A stretch of DNA of 64,000 nucleotides from an uncultured bacterium (lineage in GTDB: Bacteria; Krumholzibacteriota; Krumholzibacteriia; JACNKJ01), in contig CAVOFT010000001.1 in the NCBI GenBank assembly GCA_963695095.1, forward strand, positions 2,240,001-2,304,000, read 5' to 3'. Shown here piece by piece: positions 1-8,998 of this stretch. The notes beneath the pieces were generated by a model, which saw only the letters and a list, made by a program, of their open reading frames with translations, had not been told where the DNA came from and did not search any database. A program made the translations under genes and the position numbers. Within the stretch, counting starts at the first letter, position 1. Every line of letters begins with the position of its first letter.

Positions 1-300
1 CGCGAAGCCGCGGCTCGAGCGGGCCCCCGCCGCACCGGCGCTCGGCCCGCCCCGCCCGCGGAGGCGGCGCAGCAGGCCCTGCCCCGTGAGCCCGCCCACG
101 GCCAGGCGCTCGAGGCCCGACGGCAGCTCGGCGAGCAGGGACTCGTCGCGCACCCAGTAGTCGGCGGCCTCCCCGCAGAGCACCACCGGCTCCCAGCCGA
201 ACTCGGGCAGATAGCGCGCGAGCTTGAGACTGCGGAAGACGCCGCCGTCGCCCATCGGCGGGAAGAAGTAGGCCACCATCAGGACGCGGCGCGCGCTCAT
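1..300 (-). CDS. Glycosyltransferase family 4, N-terminal part (runs off the window)
   Basis: Manual translation from ATG at 300 gives MSARRVLMVAYFFPPMGDGGVFRSLKLARYLPEFGWEPVV, a typical GT4 N-terminus. ATGA overlap with the upstream stop. Confidence 0.8.
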   Translation of the reverse strand, partial: MSARRVLMVAYFFPPMGDGGVFRSLKLARYLPEFGWEPVVLCGEAADYWVRDESLLAELPSGLERLAVGGLTGQGLLRRLRGRGGPSAGAAGARSSRGFA

Positions 301-1439
301 CGTCCGCCCCCAGCGGCGCGGCCGCCGCCTGCCGCCAGCGCCAGGAAGGCCTCGCGCAGGCCCGCCATGTTTTCCTCCCAGATCGCCCGCGCGGCGACGG
401 TGGCGCGATTGGCCGCGCGCGCCGCCGCGAGCTCGGCGGCCGGCAGGGCGATGGCCGTGGCCAGCGCCGCGGCCAGGGCATCCGCGTGACCCACGGGAAA
501 GTACTGACCCGCCGGCGGGCCGGCCACCCACTCGCGGTTGGCGGGCAGATCGCTGAGCACGGGGTAGGCGCCCATCGCCATCGCCTCGAGCAGGGAGACG
601 CTGGTGCTGTCCGAGCGGCTGGCCGAGAGATAGACCGCCGCGCGCTGGAGTTCCGCCATCAGCTCGGCGCGGCCCAGGCGCCCCAGAAAGACCACGCGCC
701 CCGCCAGGCCCAGGCCAGCGGCAAGCCGCTCGAGCGCGGTGCGCTGACTGCCGTCGCCGGCCAAGCGAAGCGTCCAGCCCGGATGGGCCGCGAGCAGGCT
801 GGGCATGCCCCGCAGCACCGTGGGCAGGTCGTAGATGGCCTCGAGATTGCGATTGTGCAGGATCACCGGGTCGCGCGGCGCGGCCGCCGCCGACGCTGCG
901 CTCTGAAAGAGCGCCCGGTCGATGCCCATGGGCGCCGTGAGCACGGGCAGCCCCGGGCCGGCCAACGCCTGAATGGCCGCTGTCAGCATCGCCGCGTCGC
1001 TGGTGACCAGATCCGCGGCGCGCAGGACGCGCCGCGCCCGCCAGCGATGCAGCGGGCTGCGCGACGGATTGACCAGCACGTCGCTGCCCCAGGTGGACAG
1101 CACCCAGGGTCGCGCGCCCAGCAGCCAGGCCATCCAGCCGTAGTTGGGCAGGAAGTGCGCGTTGATCAGGTCGGGCGCGAAACGCGCCAGGGCGCGCCGC
1201 GCGGCGGGCAGGGCCAGCGTGGTGGCGAGGGCGGCCGGGCGCAGGCGCGGGCCCAGGCGCTGGGCGGTGACCGGCGACTCCACGATGGCCTCGAGGCTGA
1301 GCAGGAGCAGCTCGTCGCCCTGCTCGGCGAAGTAGCGGGCCCAGCGCCGCGTGTGCGGGCTGCGGCCGTCGCTGAGCAGGGCCAGGCGCAGGCCGGGCGC
1401 GCCCGCCGCGCGCCCGCCGGAGGCGGGCCGGCCGCTCAT
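297..1439 (-). CDS. Glycosyltransferase family 4
   Basis: HTRRW..., INAHF...YG, WGSDV, and SDSTSVSLLEAMAMG (GT-B EX7E-like region). Confidence 0.9.
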   Translation of the reverse strand: MSGRPASGGRAAGAPGLRLALLSDGRSPHTRRWARYFAEQGDELLLLSLEAIVESPVTAQRLGPRLRPAALATTLALPAARRALARFAPDLINAHFLPNYGWMAWLLGARPWVLSTWGSDVLVNPSRSPLHRWRARRVLRAADLVTSDAAMLTAAIQALAGPGLPVLTAPMGIDRALFQSAASAAAAPRDPVILHNRNLEAIYDLPTVLRGMPSLLAAHPGWTLRLAGDGSQRTALERLAAGLGLAGRVVFLGRLGRAELMAELQRAAVYLSASRSDSTSVSLLEAMAMGAYPVLSDLPANREWVAGPPAGQYFPVGHADALAAALATAIALPAAELAAARAANRATVAARAIWEENMAGLREAFLALAAGGGRAAGGGR

Positions 1440-2977
1440 GCGGACACCCCGAGTAGCCAGCCCAGCCGGCGGCGCAGCCCCGCGCTCGGCAGCCGGCCGA
1501 GCAGCCAGAGCTTCTCCTCGGTGTCGAGGAGACTGCGCCCTCTCATCACGAGGCCGGCCAGCGCCGCCAGCGAGGAGAGGCCGAGGAGGGTGCCCGGTGG
1601 CGAGGGCATCAGGCCCTGCCGCCCGGGCCAGAGAGCGGCCAGCGCGCAGGCGGCGATCACGGGGCCGAGGGCCCAGGCCGCCGCGCGACTCAGCTCGCCC
1701 GCGGCGCCCCTGAGCCAGCCCCGCCGCGCCGCGGCGACGAGGACGGCCGTCGCCTGCAGGGATGCCGCCAGTACCTGGGCGATGCCCAGGCCGACGAGCC
1801 CCCAGCGCCCGATGAACCAGGGCAGGGCGCCGTAGTAGGCCAGCGCCCAGAGCAGATTGCCGACAAGCACCGCCGCCAGCCCGTCAAGCCCGCGCAGGGC
1901 GGCCTCGAGGGCCGCGGCCAGACTGCCCAGGGGCAGGGTGAGCAGGAGCAGACCCAGGAGGGGCAGGGCCGCGAGATAGGCCTCCGTGGACAGGAGCAGG
2001 ATCAGCGGGCGCGCGGCGAGGAAGAGCGCGGCCGCCAGCCAGAGCGAAACGGCGAGCTGGCCGCGCACCAGCAGGCGCAGGCGCCGGCCCAATTCGGCCT
2101 CGCGGCGCTCTTCGTAGAGACGGCTGACCTCGGTCTGGAAGGAGAGCACGGGCGCGGCCAGGAAGCGCTTCGTCACCCCCACCAGGCGCGCGGGCACGTG
2201 GAAGAGGGCCACCAGCTCCAGGGCGGCGACCATGCCGATGACGTAGCGGTCCAGCTCGAAGTAGGCCAGGCCCAGCCAGCGCAGGGGCAGGCTGTAGAGC
2301 CAGTAGTCGGCGAGCTGCCGCTTGCTGATGCGCAGGGGAGAGCGCAAGGCGCCCGCGGCGGGCAGCCAGATGGGCAGCAGGGCCAGCAGCGCGAGCGCGC
2401 GGAGCAGGAACCAGAGCGCGAACAGGCGCAGGGCGCCGGCGGCGTCGAGCCCCGCGCGGACGAGCAGCAGGTGCAGGGTGAGCCCGGCCAGGGAGATCAG
2501 CTCGGCCAGCGCCGCTGGCGCCATGCGCCGCAGGCCCTGATAGAGACCGGCCGTCAGCTCGGACAGGGCCAGCGCGAGGGCGAGCAGAAGGGTCGCGCCG
2601 AAGAGGCCCTCGCCTCCCACCACCGGCGCGAAGCGACCGGCCAGTGGCGCCCAGAAGCTCTTCGCCAGCAGTGCCACGAGCGCGCAGCCGGCCAGGCTCA
2701 GGCCCGTGAGCCAGGCGGCCGCGCGCAGGAGCGCGGCCCGCTCGCCCCGCACCTCGAGCTGGGGCAGGAAGCGCTGGGCCAGCGCCGGCAGGCCGAGGCC
2801 GCCGATCGCCGCGAGCAGGACGGCAAAGCCGCGCAGGACGAGGAAGCGGCTGAAGACCTCCGCGCCGAGGCTCACCGTGAAGAGCTTCATCTGCAGCAGG
2901 CCGAAGATGCTCGCCGCCAGGCCCTGAAGGAGAAGCCAGAGCGTGTTGCTGCCCGCCCGCGAGGCCGTGGCGCTCAT
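1436..2977 (-). CDS. Oligosaccharide flippase (Wzx/MOP family)
   Basis: Start reassigned to ATG 2977 (MSATASRAGSNTLWLL, ATGA overlap). Many hydrophobic helices; LDRYVIG...VALFHVPARL pattern. Confidence 0.8.
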   Translation of the reverse strand: MSATASRAGSNTLWLLLQGLAASIFGLLQMKLFTVSLGAEVFSRFLVLRGFAVLLAAIGGLGLPALAQRFLPQLEVRGERAALLRAAAWLTGLSLAGCALVALLAKSFWAPLAGRFAPVVGGEGLFGATLLLALALALSELTAGLYQGLRRMAPAALAELISLAGLTLHLLLVRAGLDAAGALRLFALWFLLRALALLALLPIWLPAAGALRSPLRISKRQLADYWLYSLPLRWLGLAYFELDRYVIGMVAALELVALFHVPARLVGVTKRFLAAPVLSFQTEVSRLYEERREAELGRRLRLLVRGQLAVSLWLAAALFLAARPLILLLSTEAYLAALPLLGLLLLTLPLGSLAAALEAALRGLDGLAAVLVGNLLWALAYYGALPWFIGRWGLVGLGIAQVLAASLQATAVLVAAARRGWLRGAAGELSRAAAWALGPVIAACALAALWPGRQGLMPSPPGTLLGLSSLAALAGLVMRGRSLLDTEEKLWLLGRLPSAGLRRRLGWLLGVSA

Positions 2978-3978
2978 CGCGCCCTCCTGCCGGCCAGGCG
3001 GAGCCAGGCGCCCTCGCGGCGCCAGAGGCCATAGTGCACGGGCTGGGCGCCGAAGGCGGCCTTGAAGGCGAAGAGGGGATCCTTGCCGCCGCTGCCGCCG
3101 AAGTTGAAGCTCTGCTCGCCGTCGGCCGCGGCCTGCTCGAGATTCATCGCGTAGAGCATCACGCTGGGTGCGAGTTCGCGGTGCGCCTTGCTCGCGCAGC
3201 CGTTCCAGGCGATGACCGCGCCCCGGAAGTGGAAGTTGAGATGGCCGCCGATCAGGCGGCCCCGGTGGCGCGCCACCCAGAAGCGCACGCGCTCGCCATC
3301 GGCCACGAGCTGCTCCAGGTGCGCCAGCGGCGTCGGCCGCGCGAGACCCCAGTCGCGGGCGTGCTCCAGGTAGATGCGATGGTAGGCCGCCAGGTCGGCC
3401 GGCTCCGCGCTGCGCGCGACGATGACGCCCTCGCGCAGGGCCTTGTGCACCTGGCGGCGGCGCTCCTTGGCGAAGCCCTTGGCATAGACCGTCTCCCAGC
3501 CGGGACGGAGGTCGAGGATCTGCGTGGCGAGACGGGCCGGGGCGGCGGCCGGCCCCGCCGGCGCCGCGAGATCGGGCGGCGTCACCAGGCTGAGTCGCTG
3601 GCGACGCCCGCCGAGATCCGACAGGAAGCGGGCGATGAGCGCCTCGCGCAGGCTGGGATCCGCCGTGGGCGCCAGGGCCGGCCCGCCGTAGGTGCCGAAG
3701 GGCAGGCTCTGGCGGTGGACCAGCCCGAAGCGGCCGCTCTCGGCAAAGGGCAGCAGCCCCTCGATGGCGCCGCCCGCGCGGCGCAGGTACCAACCCAGCC
3801 GCAACCCATAGACCTTCTCCAGGCTCCCTAGCCAGGTGGAGGTCTGGTAGAAGCTCGCGCCCACGGCGCTGGCGAGGAAGGCGTCGAGCTCGTCCCAGTC
3901 CAGGCGCGCCACGCGGACGATGCCGCGCCCTGCGCCCTCCTGCCGAGCGCCGCCGCCTGCGCCGTCTTCAGCGCGCAT
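2974..3978 (-). CDS. GNAT/FemAB-like acyltransferase of polysaccharide loci
   Basis: SFYQTSTWL, SLPFGTYGG, RRRQVHKALREGV, FNFGGS...LFAFKAAFGA. Exact start uncertain. Confidence 0.8.
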   Translation of the reverse strand: MRAEDGAGGGARQEGAGRGIVRVARLDWDELDAFLASAVGASFYQTSTWLGSLEKVYGLRLGWYLRRAGGAIEGLLPFAESGRFGLVHRQSLPFGTYGGPALAPTADPSLREALIARFLSDLGGRRQRLSLVTPPDLAAPAGPAAAPARLATQILDLRPGWETVYAKGFAKERRRQVHKALREGVIVARSAEPADLAAYHRIYLEHARDWGLARPTPLAHLEQLVADGERVRFWVARHRGRLIGGHLNFHFRGAVIAWNGCASKAHRELAPSVMLYAMNLEQAAADGEQSFNFGGSGGKDPLFAFKAAFGAQPVHYGLWRREGAWLRLAGRRAR

Positions 3979-5179
3979 AGTAGCGCAGCAGCTTGCGCAG
4001 GGCCGCCGAGGCCGCGTCGACTTCGGCCGCGCTGATGCCGGGGAAGAGCGGCAGGCTGAAGCAGCCGCGATAGAAGGCCTCGCTGGCCGGGAGCTGGTCC
4101 GCCAGCTCGCCGAAGTAGACGCGGTGCGCGCTGTGCTTCTGGATGGGAATGAAGTGCAGGCTGGGCGTGACGCCCTCGGCGGCCAGCGCCGCCAGGAAGC
4201 GGTCGCGGTCCACGCGCAGGGCGCCGTCGGCCAGCCGCGGCGCGAAGAGGTGCCAGCTGTGGCGATTGCCCGCGCGCTCCGTGGGCAGGATCAGCGCGGC
4301 CTCGCCGGCGAGATTCGCCGTGTAGCGCGCCACGGCCTCCCTGCGCAGCGCGCGCAGCTCCTCCTCGCGGGCGAGCTGCACGAGGCCGAGAGCAGCCTGG
4401 ATGTCCGTGAGATTGCACTTGTAGCCGAAGCGAGTGACGTCGTAGTGCCAGCGGCCCTGCTCGCCGTAGCGCTTCCAGGCATCCTGATCCATGCCGTGCA
4501 GGCTGAGCAGGGCCAGCTCGCGCTCCTGCTCCGGCGTCGCACAGCTGACGAAGCCCCCCTCGCCCATGCTCAGGTTCTTCGTCACGTAGAAGGAGAAGGC
4601 GGCCATGTCGCCGAAAGCGCCGGGCGGGCGGCCGCCGGCCAGGGCGCCGAAGGCGTGGGCCGCATCTTCGATGAGCAGGAGGCCGCGCTCCTTGGCGAGG
4701 GTCGCCAGCTCCTCGATCCGACACAATTGCCCGCCGTAGTGCACGGCGAGGATGGCCTTCGTGGCCGGCCTGATCGCGGCGGCCACCGCCGCCGGATCGA
4801 GGCCGAAGGTCTCCAGTTCGATGTCGGCGAGCACGGGCGTGGCGCCCGCATGGTGGATCACGTTCACGGAAGCCGTGAAGGTGTTGGGACTCGTGATCAC
4901 CTCGTCGCCGGGGCCGATGCCCAGCGCCTTGAGCGCCAGGAAGAGGCCCGAGGTGCAGCTGTTCACCGGCCAGCCCTGCTCGAGCGCCATCGTGGCCAGG
5001 AAGGCGGCGCGGAACTCCTGCACTTTCGGCCCGATGGTCAGCCAGCCCGAGCGCAGGGTCTCCACCACGGCCGCGATCTCGGCCTCGCCGTGGCAGGGCC
5101 GGAAAAAGGGCAGGCGCGTGGCGAGCAAGGGCTCGCCGCCCTCGATCGCGGGGAGCGCGGCGTCGCGCGGGGCGCTCAC
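3968..5179 (-). CDS. DegT/DnrJ/EryC1/StrS PLP-dependent sugar aminotransferase
   Basis: GTG start at 5179 (GTGA overlap). SGWLTIGP, NSCTSGL, EDAAHAFG, SFYVTKNLSMGEGG (catalytic Lys), GYKCNLTD. Confidence 0.93.
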   Translation of the reverse strand: MSAPRDAALPAIEGGEPLLATRLPFFRPCHGEAEIAAVVETLRSGWLTIGPKVQEFRAAFLATMALEQGWPVNSCTSGLFLALKALGIGPGDEVITSPNTFTASVNVIHHAGATPVLADIELETFGLDPAAVAAAIRPATKAILAVHYGGQLCRIEELATLAKERGLLLIEDAAHAFGALAGGRPPGAFGDMAAFSFYVTKNLSMGEGGFVSCATPEQERELALLSLHGMDQDAWKRYGEQGRWHYDVTRFGYKCNLTDIQAALGLVQLAREEELRALRREAVARYTANLAGEAALILPTERAGNRHSWHLFAPRLADGALRVDRDRFLAALAAEGVTPSLHFIPIQKHSAHRVYFGELADQLPASEAFYRGCFSLPLFPGISAAEVDAASAALRKLLRYYAR

Positions 5180-6592
5180 TGCAGCTCCTTCACGGCACGG
5201 GCGGCGGCCAGCATGGCGGCGCGCAGACCCTCTTCGTCGCCGGCGGCGGCGAGGGCGCCGAGTTCGGCGAGCAGAGCGTCGAGGTCCAGGCCCGCGGGCA
5301 GCTGGGGCCGGATGATCATCAGCTGCTCGCCGAACTCGCTCACCTCGGCCTCGGCGCGGGTCATCAGCTGCTCGTGCAGTTTCTCCCCGGGCCTGAGCCC
5401 CGTGAAGCGAATGGGAATCTCCCGCTCGGGCACGAAGCCCGAGAGCCGGATCATGCTGCGCGCGAGCTCCAGGATCTCCACGCTCTCGCCCATGTTGAGG
5501 ATGAAGATCTCCCCGCCCGTGCCGCTGGAGCCCGCCTGGATGACCAGCATGCTGGCCTCCTTGATCGTCATGAAGAAGCGCGTGGCCCCGGCGTCGGTGA
5601 CCGTGACCGGCCCGCCGGCGGCGATCTGCCGCTGGAAGAGCGGGACCACCGAGCCGCGGCTGGCCAGCACGTTGCCGAAGCGAACGGAGATGAAGCGCGT
5701 GGGGCCGCCCGCCGCGGCGGCGCGCAGGAGGAGCAGCTCGGCCAGGCGCTTGCTCGCGCCCATCACGCCTTGCGGGTCCACGGCCTTGTCCGTGGAGAGC
5801 ATCACCAGGCGCTCGGCGCCGGCGGCTTCTGCTGCCCGGATCAGATTGCGCGTGCCCAGCACGTTGTTGACGAAGGCCTCGCCCGGAAAGGCCTCCATGT
5901 AGGGCACGTGCTTGTGGGCGGCGGCATGGTAGATGAGCTCGCGGCCGCTCGGCCGCCAGCACGCGCGCGAGGCGCGGCTCCTCGCGCAGGTCGGCGATGA
6001 GGCCGACGAGCGCGAGCTGCGGGTGGCAGTCGCGCAGCTCGTTCTCGATCTCGAAGATGGAGTTCTCGCCGCGGCCGAGCAGGATGAGGCGGCCGGGCGC
6101 GAGGCGCGCCACCTGCCGCGCGATCTCGCTGCCGATGGAGCCGCCGGCGCCGGTGATCAGCACCGTCTTGCCGGCGACGTCGCGGCGCACGGGCTCGGGC
6201 TGGAAGTCCACCGTCTCGCGGCCGAGCAGGTCCTCGGGGTTCACGCGGCGGATCTGGGAGAACTGCACGGCGCCGGTGACGATCTCGCGAATGCCGGGCA
6301 CGATCTTGAAGGGCAGGCCGGCTTCCTGGCAGACGCGCACCAGGCGGCGCACGACGGCGCCGGCCGCGCTCGGGATGGCGAGCAGCGCCTCGTCCGCGCC
6401 CAGGCGAGCGGCCACCTCGCGCAGGCTCTCCGTGTCGCCGAGCACGGGGTGACCGTCCACGGTCTGTCCGACCAGCGCAGGCGCATCGTCGAGCCAGCCC
6501 AGCAGGGCGAGGCCGAGTTCGGGGTGGGCCGCGATCTCCGCGGCCACCATGCGCCCGGCCTCGCCCGCGCCGATGATGAGGATCTTCTTCAT
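5176..6592 (-). pseudogene. CapD/PglF-like nucleoside-diphosphate sugar 4,6-dehydratase, frameshifted near 5941 (pseudogene or sequencing error)
   Basis: N-part KKILIIGAGEAG...EDLLGR...TGAGGSIGSE continues after one extra base into ELIYHAAAHKHVPYME...STDKAV...VRFGNVL...GLRPGEKL in another frame. No N-terminal membrane domain. Confidence 0.85.
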
Positions 6593-6631
6593 CGCCACCT
6601 CAACGATCTCCCCGGCGCGCAGAGGCGCGCC

Positions 6632-8998
6632 TTAGCGCACCACGACGAGTTCGCGCAGGGCCGTCTCGCCCGGCGCTTCCAGGCGCAGCAGGTAGACGCC
6701 GCTCACGGCGCGGCTGCCGAAGCGGGTCTTGAGGTCCCAGGCCACGCCGCCCGGCTCCACCGGGCCCATCTCGCGCACGAGCTGTCCCTCGAGATTGTAG
6801 ATGCTGACCTCGGCGGCCAGCTCGAGGCCGCCGAGGCGCACCTCTTCATGACCGAGCAGCAGCCGCGCGGGATTGGGATAGAGCCAGGCCCCGGCCAGGG
6901 CAGCGCTGGTGACGGGCGGATCGGGCTGGATGACCAGGCGCGCCACGCCATAGCTGGTGGCCGCCCAGACCGTATCGCCCGCCGGATTCACGGCCACGCG
7001 GAAGACGATCGGCGAGGGCAGCGGCGCCAGCACCTCGCTGCCGTAGAGCTCCGTGCCCGCCAGTTCACGGCCGGCCTCGCTGGTCCAGCTCCTCACCGTC
7101 CAGCGCAGCAGCTCACTGCCGCCCGCGCTCTCGATGTCCAGGCGCACCCGCGAGAGGCCGAGATCCGTGGCCACCCAGACGCTGCCGTCCGGCGCGACAT
7201 CGAGGTCGTTCACCTGCAGGCCGAGCAGGCCGTCGCTGAAGCTGGTCTTCTGGCCGAGCCGAGCGCGGACACGGTAGCCCGTGGCCGTCGGCAGCACGCG
7301 AACCAGACCGCTGCTCTGCCCCACCCAGAGGCCGCCGTCCGGGCCGGCCACGACCACGAACTCGCGGGTATCGGAGAGCAGGAATCCGCTGGGGTCTTCG
7401 ATGCCGCTGCCCACGCTCCACCAGGTGTCATCGCCGCTGCTGGCGAGCGTGCCGGCATGGTCCCAGATGGACAGCCCGAGGCCGTCGCCCCGCACGAGGA
7501 GCGCCACGCGCGTCGGTCCCAGCATCGCCATGTTGTCGATCGTCAAGCCCGGCAGGCCCTCGGCCGTGCTGAAGTGCAGCCAGGCATCGGCGGCGGTGAA
7601 GACATCGATGCCGCCCTGCAGATCGCCGCCCGCGAGGTCGCGCGCGAACCAGCGATTGCCGGCCTCGTCCTCGAGCATGCGCAGGATCGCATTGCCCGTG
7701 CTGCTGATCAGCTCGCGAGTCCCGGTGGCCAGTTCGAGCCGGCCGAAGCCCCGCGCAAAGCGATTGAACCAGACCCAGCCCTGGCTGTCTTCGAGCACGT
7801 CCCGGCCGAAGCGGGGCAGGAAGTTGAAGCTCTGGAGATCGCCCGGATAGCGCGTCCATTCCCCGTTCGCGTAGGCGGCGCCGCCCATCGTGCTCATCGC
7901 CCAGAGTCGGCCCGAGGGGCCCAGCGCCATCGTGTTGAACTCGCGCCCGAGCGGGAATCCGGCCGGCGGAATGAGCGTCCAGGCAGCGCCATCGAAATGC
8001 AGGATGCCCGGACCGAGGTTGTTGGGGTCGATGGTGCCCGCGAGCCAGCAGCCGCCGTCCTCCGTGGCCAGGACGGTGTCGTAGAGCAAGCCGTTGAAGC
8101 CCACGGCGGCGCCGCTGGGCATGCCGGCCGACAGATCCGTCCAGCCGCTGCCGGGAGCGTATCGCCAGACGCGATCGTTCGCGGTATCGGGAGGCGGCGG
8201 AGAGCCCGACACCGTGAAGACGGCGATCAGCGCCGTGCCGCCGCCGTCAAGGGCGGTGACCGTGAGGGCGCCGGCGGGCAGCGGCAGCTGCGGCCAGACC
8301 TCGCCGCTGCTCAGCGCGTTGCCGTAGATGCGCCCTTCGCTGAGCACCCAGACGCTGTCGGCGGCGACGACAAGCGTCGTGATGGCCGCCGCCGGCAGGC
8401 CGGGCACGAGCTCCGGATTCTCGCCGGGGTCCATGCGATAGAGGCCGGCGGCCGTGCCGACCAGCAGGGTGTCGCCTGCGAAGGCGAGTGCGCGCACGTC
8501 GCTGTTGGCCAGGCCGTTCAGCTCGTTCCAGAGATCTTGGTGCTCGCCGTTCCGGATCAGGCCATAGCCCGCCTTGCTGCCGTACCAGAGGCCCTCGGCG
8601 GGATCGGCGACCAGGCAATGCAGGGCATCGGCGGCCAGACCCTGCGGAAAGGTCTGGAAGCGGAACCAGGGCTGGGCGGCGCCGGGCCGGTAGCGCTGCA
8701 GGCCCTCGGTCGCCGTGGCCACCCAGAGCTCGCCGTCAAGCGCCAGCAGGTCGGCAACATCGATGCCGGCCAGGCCATCGGCCGTGCTCAGGGCCGTCAA
8801 GCTGCCGCTCGCCGTGTCCAGGCGATACAACCCGCCGATGCCGCCGGCCCAGAGCAGGTCGCCGTCGAGGGCGAAGCAGCCCAGGGAGCTGGGATCGCAG
8901 AAGACGCTCCACTGTTCGACAGCAGTGGCCGCCGTCGCCCCGGCGGCCAGCAAGAGGGCCGCGACCAGGCAGCGCGCGTGGCGGATGATTGTGCTCAC
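6632..8998 (-). CDS. Secreted beta-propeller repeat protein with C-terminal T9SS-CTD/FlgD-like Ig domain (PorZ-like)
   Basis: Signal peptide; repeated GLA/P...V..L..D..G.LW.GT..GL blades; C-terminus LYPNPA...SIYNLEGQLVR...WDL...SGVYLL...LVVVR. Confidence 0.75.
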   Translation of the reverse strand: MSTIIRHARCLVAALLLAAGATAATAVEQWSVFCDPSSLGCFALDGDLLWAGGIGGLYRLDTASGSLTALSTADGLAGIDVADLLALDGELWVATATEGLQRYRPGAAQPWFRFQTFPQGLAADALHCLVADPAEGLWYGSKAGYGLIRNGEHQDLWNELNGLANSDVRALAFAGDTLLVGTAAGLYRMDPGENPELVPGLPAAAITTLVVAADSVWVLSEGRIYGNALSSGEVWPQLPLPAGALTVTALDGGGTALIAVFTVSGSPPPPDTANDRVWRYAPGSGWTDLSAGMPSGAAVGFNGLLYDTVLATEDGGCWLAGTIDPNNLGPGILHFDGAAWTLIPPAGFPLGREFNTMALGPSGRLWAMSTMGGAAYANGEWTRYPGDLQSFNFLPRFGRDVLEDSQGWVWFNRFARGFGRLELATGTRELISSTGNAILRMLEDEAGNRWFARDLAGGDLQGGIDVFTAADAWLHFSTAEGLPGLTIDNMAMLGPTRVALLVRGDGLGLSIWDHAGTLASSGDDTWWSVGSGIEDPSGFLLSDTREFVVVAGPDGGLWVGQSSGLVRVLPTATGYRVRARLGQKTSFSDGLLGLQVNDLDVAPDGSVWVATDLGLSRVRLDIESAGGSELLRWTVRSWTSEAGRELAGTELYGSEVLAPLPSPIVFRVAVNPAGDTVWAATSYGVARLVIQPDPPVTSAALAGAWLYPNPARLLLGHEEVRLGGLELAAEVSIYNLEGQLVREMGPVEPGGVAWDLKTRFGSRAVSGVYLLRLEAPGETALRELVVVR

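Noticed and set aside
3968..6598. 876-aa CapD-DegT fusion ORF
   Set aside because: Artefact of the frameshift near 5941. The middle is off-frame, and DegT has its own GTG overlapping the true CapD stop.
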